In this document: positions 62,401 through 64,000 of the stretch, in pieces | How the letters are laid out: every line of letters begins with the position of its first letter | Position numbering within the stretch: the stretch's first letter is position 1 | Origin: Cyanophora paradoxa CCMP329 | Taxonomy: Eukaryota > Plantae > Glaucophyta | Assembly: GCA_004431415.1 (NCBI GenBank) | Contig: QPMI01000072.1 | Location: 50,113-114,112 of the forward strand | Direction of reading: 5' to 3' | DNA: 64,000 nucleotides | Notes under the pieces: model-generated | Seen by the model: only the letters and a program-made list of their open reading frames with translations | Database searches by the model: none | What the model was told of the DNA's origin: nothing | Program-made: the position numbers and the translations under genes

Positions 62401-62988
62401 CGCAGCCCGTCGCCCGGCGCGCGCTATAGCTACCGGAATTCCGTGCGTCGCCAGGGCCCGGCCGCTTAGCGCGCCCGCCTCACTCCAAAGCGCGCAGCGG
62501 TGGCTCACGCGGAAGCGATCAGACGCGCGGCGCTGGCGGCAGTTACGGCAGTTACGGCAGTTACGGCATGGCGGCAGTTAAGGCAGTTACGGCAGTCGCG
62601 GGCACGCCGTCTAACCGACGGCGCCGAGCCGGCGCAGCAACATCCCGGCGGAGCACGGTACGCTGCTCTGGCTACGGAAGTAGGTAGGCTGTGAGGGACG
62701 GGGCGGGGCGGGCGCAGCCCGTCGCCCGGCGCGCGCTATAGCTACCGGAATTCCGTGCGTCGCCAGGGCCCGGCCGCTTAGCGCGCCCGCCTCACTCCAA
62801 AGCGCGCAGCGGTGGCTCACGCGGAAGCGATCAGACGCGCGGCGCTGGCGGCAGTTACGGCAGTTACGGCAGTTACGGCATGGCGGCAGTTAAGGCAGTT
62901 ACGGCAGTCGCGGGCACGCCGTCTAACCGACGGCGCCGAGCCGGCGCAGCAACATCCCGGCGGAGCACGGTACGCTGCTCTGGCTACG
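62401..62988 (+). repeat. Tandem duplication (276-bp unit, 312-bp period) containing a GGCAGTTAC array
   Basis: 62401-62676 matches 62713-62988; each has ggcagttac x3, then ggcagttaa and ggcagttac. Confidence 0.92.
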
Positions 62989-64000
62989 AGTCCGTGAACG
63001 CCATCTAATCGCGATTCCGAAGTTCTTCGCTTTCCTCTCAGAGTCTGCAGCAGCGCCTTCCGGAGCCTGGCGCGCCGCCGCCCTCCGCCGCTGCTGCGTG
63101 CCCTGCAGCTCGGGCGGCAGCGGCGTCGCGCGGCCCCTCGCGGCCCTCCCCTCCCGCCACGCCGCCCGGAGCAGGGTGCCGGGCTCGTCTAGGCGGCGTC
63201 CAGCCCCGTCGGCGCTCTCGGAGGAGCAGCGCCGCCTGGAGCTCGAGGCCGCCGGCCCGCCGCCCTCGCCGGCGCCCGCCCCGGCGAGTCCCCGCCCCCC
63301 TCGACCTCGCCCTGGCGCCGCCGCCGGCCCCGCTGGAGCCTGCGCTGCGGGCCTCGATGCTAGTGGGCGGCGCGGGGCGCCGTCCCGTGAGAGGGTCTCG
63401 CGGCGGCCCTGACCGAGCCTTGGAGCCGCCGCCGGCGGCGCCCTCCGCCTCGCCTCCGGCCCCGTCCCCTCATTCGTAGACCCCGCAGCTCGCCATTAAT
63501 GGTGTCTAGACTGAGTAGAGCGCGCCAGAGAGACAGAGAGCTCGTTTTTCTACGAGATCAATTTCAGGAGGCCGAACCCTGTACCCTTCGATCGCAAGTT
63601 AGCCACCGGTGGCTAACTTCGGGGGGAATGAACGGGGGGGAGAAGCGCAGGGGGGACGACCGGGAAAAAAAAGAATTGGCGCGCGCCCATGCGCATGCGA
63701 CCGCGCGGCGACGAAATTTTTTGAACTGGCGGCGACGGACAGGGATACATGTTCTAGATCTCCGCGCGCGCGCGCGCGGGCGGCCGCGGGCCCAGCTGCA
63801 GCGCAAGCAGCTTTAGACCTAGATCTGGCGGAGAAGGTCCGTCCCGGGACCGCCCGTCAGGCCTGCCCGGGCGCGCTTCCTTCCGATCCTTCTAAAAACG
63901 CTGTTTCCGGGACGACATGGGAGAAGCTTGCCGGGCCGTCGGGGCGGGACGAGGTTTTAAAAATCATTGCTTAATCAAGCTTGCCGGGCCGTCGGGGAGG

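Noticed and set aside
1-64000. tRNA, rRNA or snRNA genes
   Set aside because: No recognisable cloverleaf or conserved RNA motif by eye; tRNAscan-SE and Infernal were not run

Overview
GC-rich eukaryotic genomic DNA with many short spliceosomal introns, so most entries in the ORF track are spurious or are exon fragments. The organism is probably a flagellated alga or protist; that is an inference from rotatin, an SLT-type transporter and the intron style. Genes reconstructed by hand: 3' end of a TPR-like gene (+), an orphan type-I membrane protein (-), an LRR/coiled-coil/IQ protein (-), OTU1/YOD1 deubiquitinase (-), rotatin (-) with two partial chimeric duplicates, a 22-exon cysteine synthase (+) whose predicted last exon adds a Pro/Ala tether ending in a CaaX box (CSVM*), an adjacent SAC1/SLT-like SLC13 transporter with TrkA-C domains (+), an LRR-SAM-TIR gene with a SARM1-like TIR (+) interrupted by a 512-bp hAT-type MITE and apparently truncated, and an unassigned gene (-). 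Also present: several MITEs, segmental and tandem duplications, a perfect 54-bp inverted repeat, several GC-AG introns and introns containing copies of their own donor site. Best candidates for something new: the LRR-SAM-TIR immune-like architecture, and the possibly prenylated, bacterial-like CysK beside a putative sulfate transporter. All gene models are manual; no database search was run.
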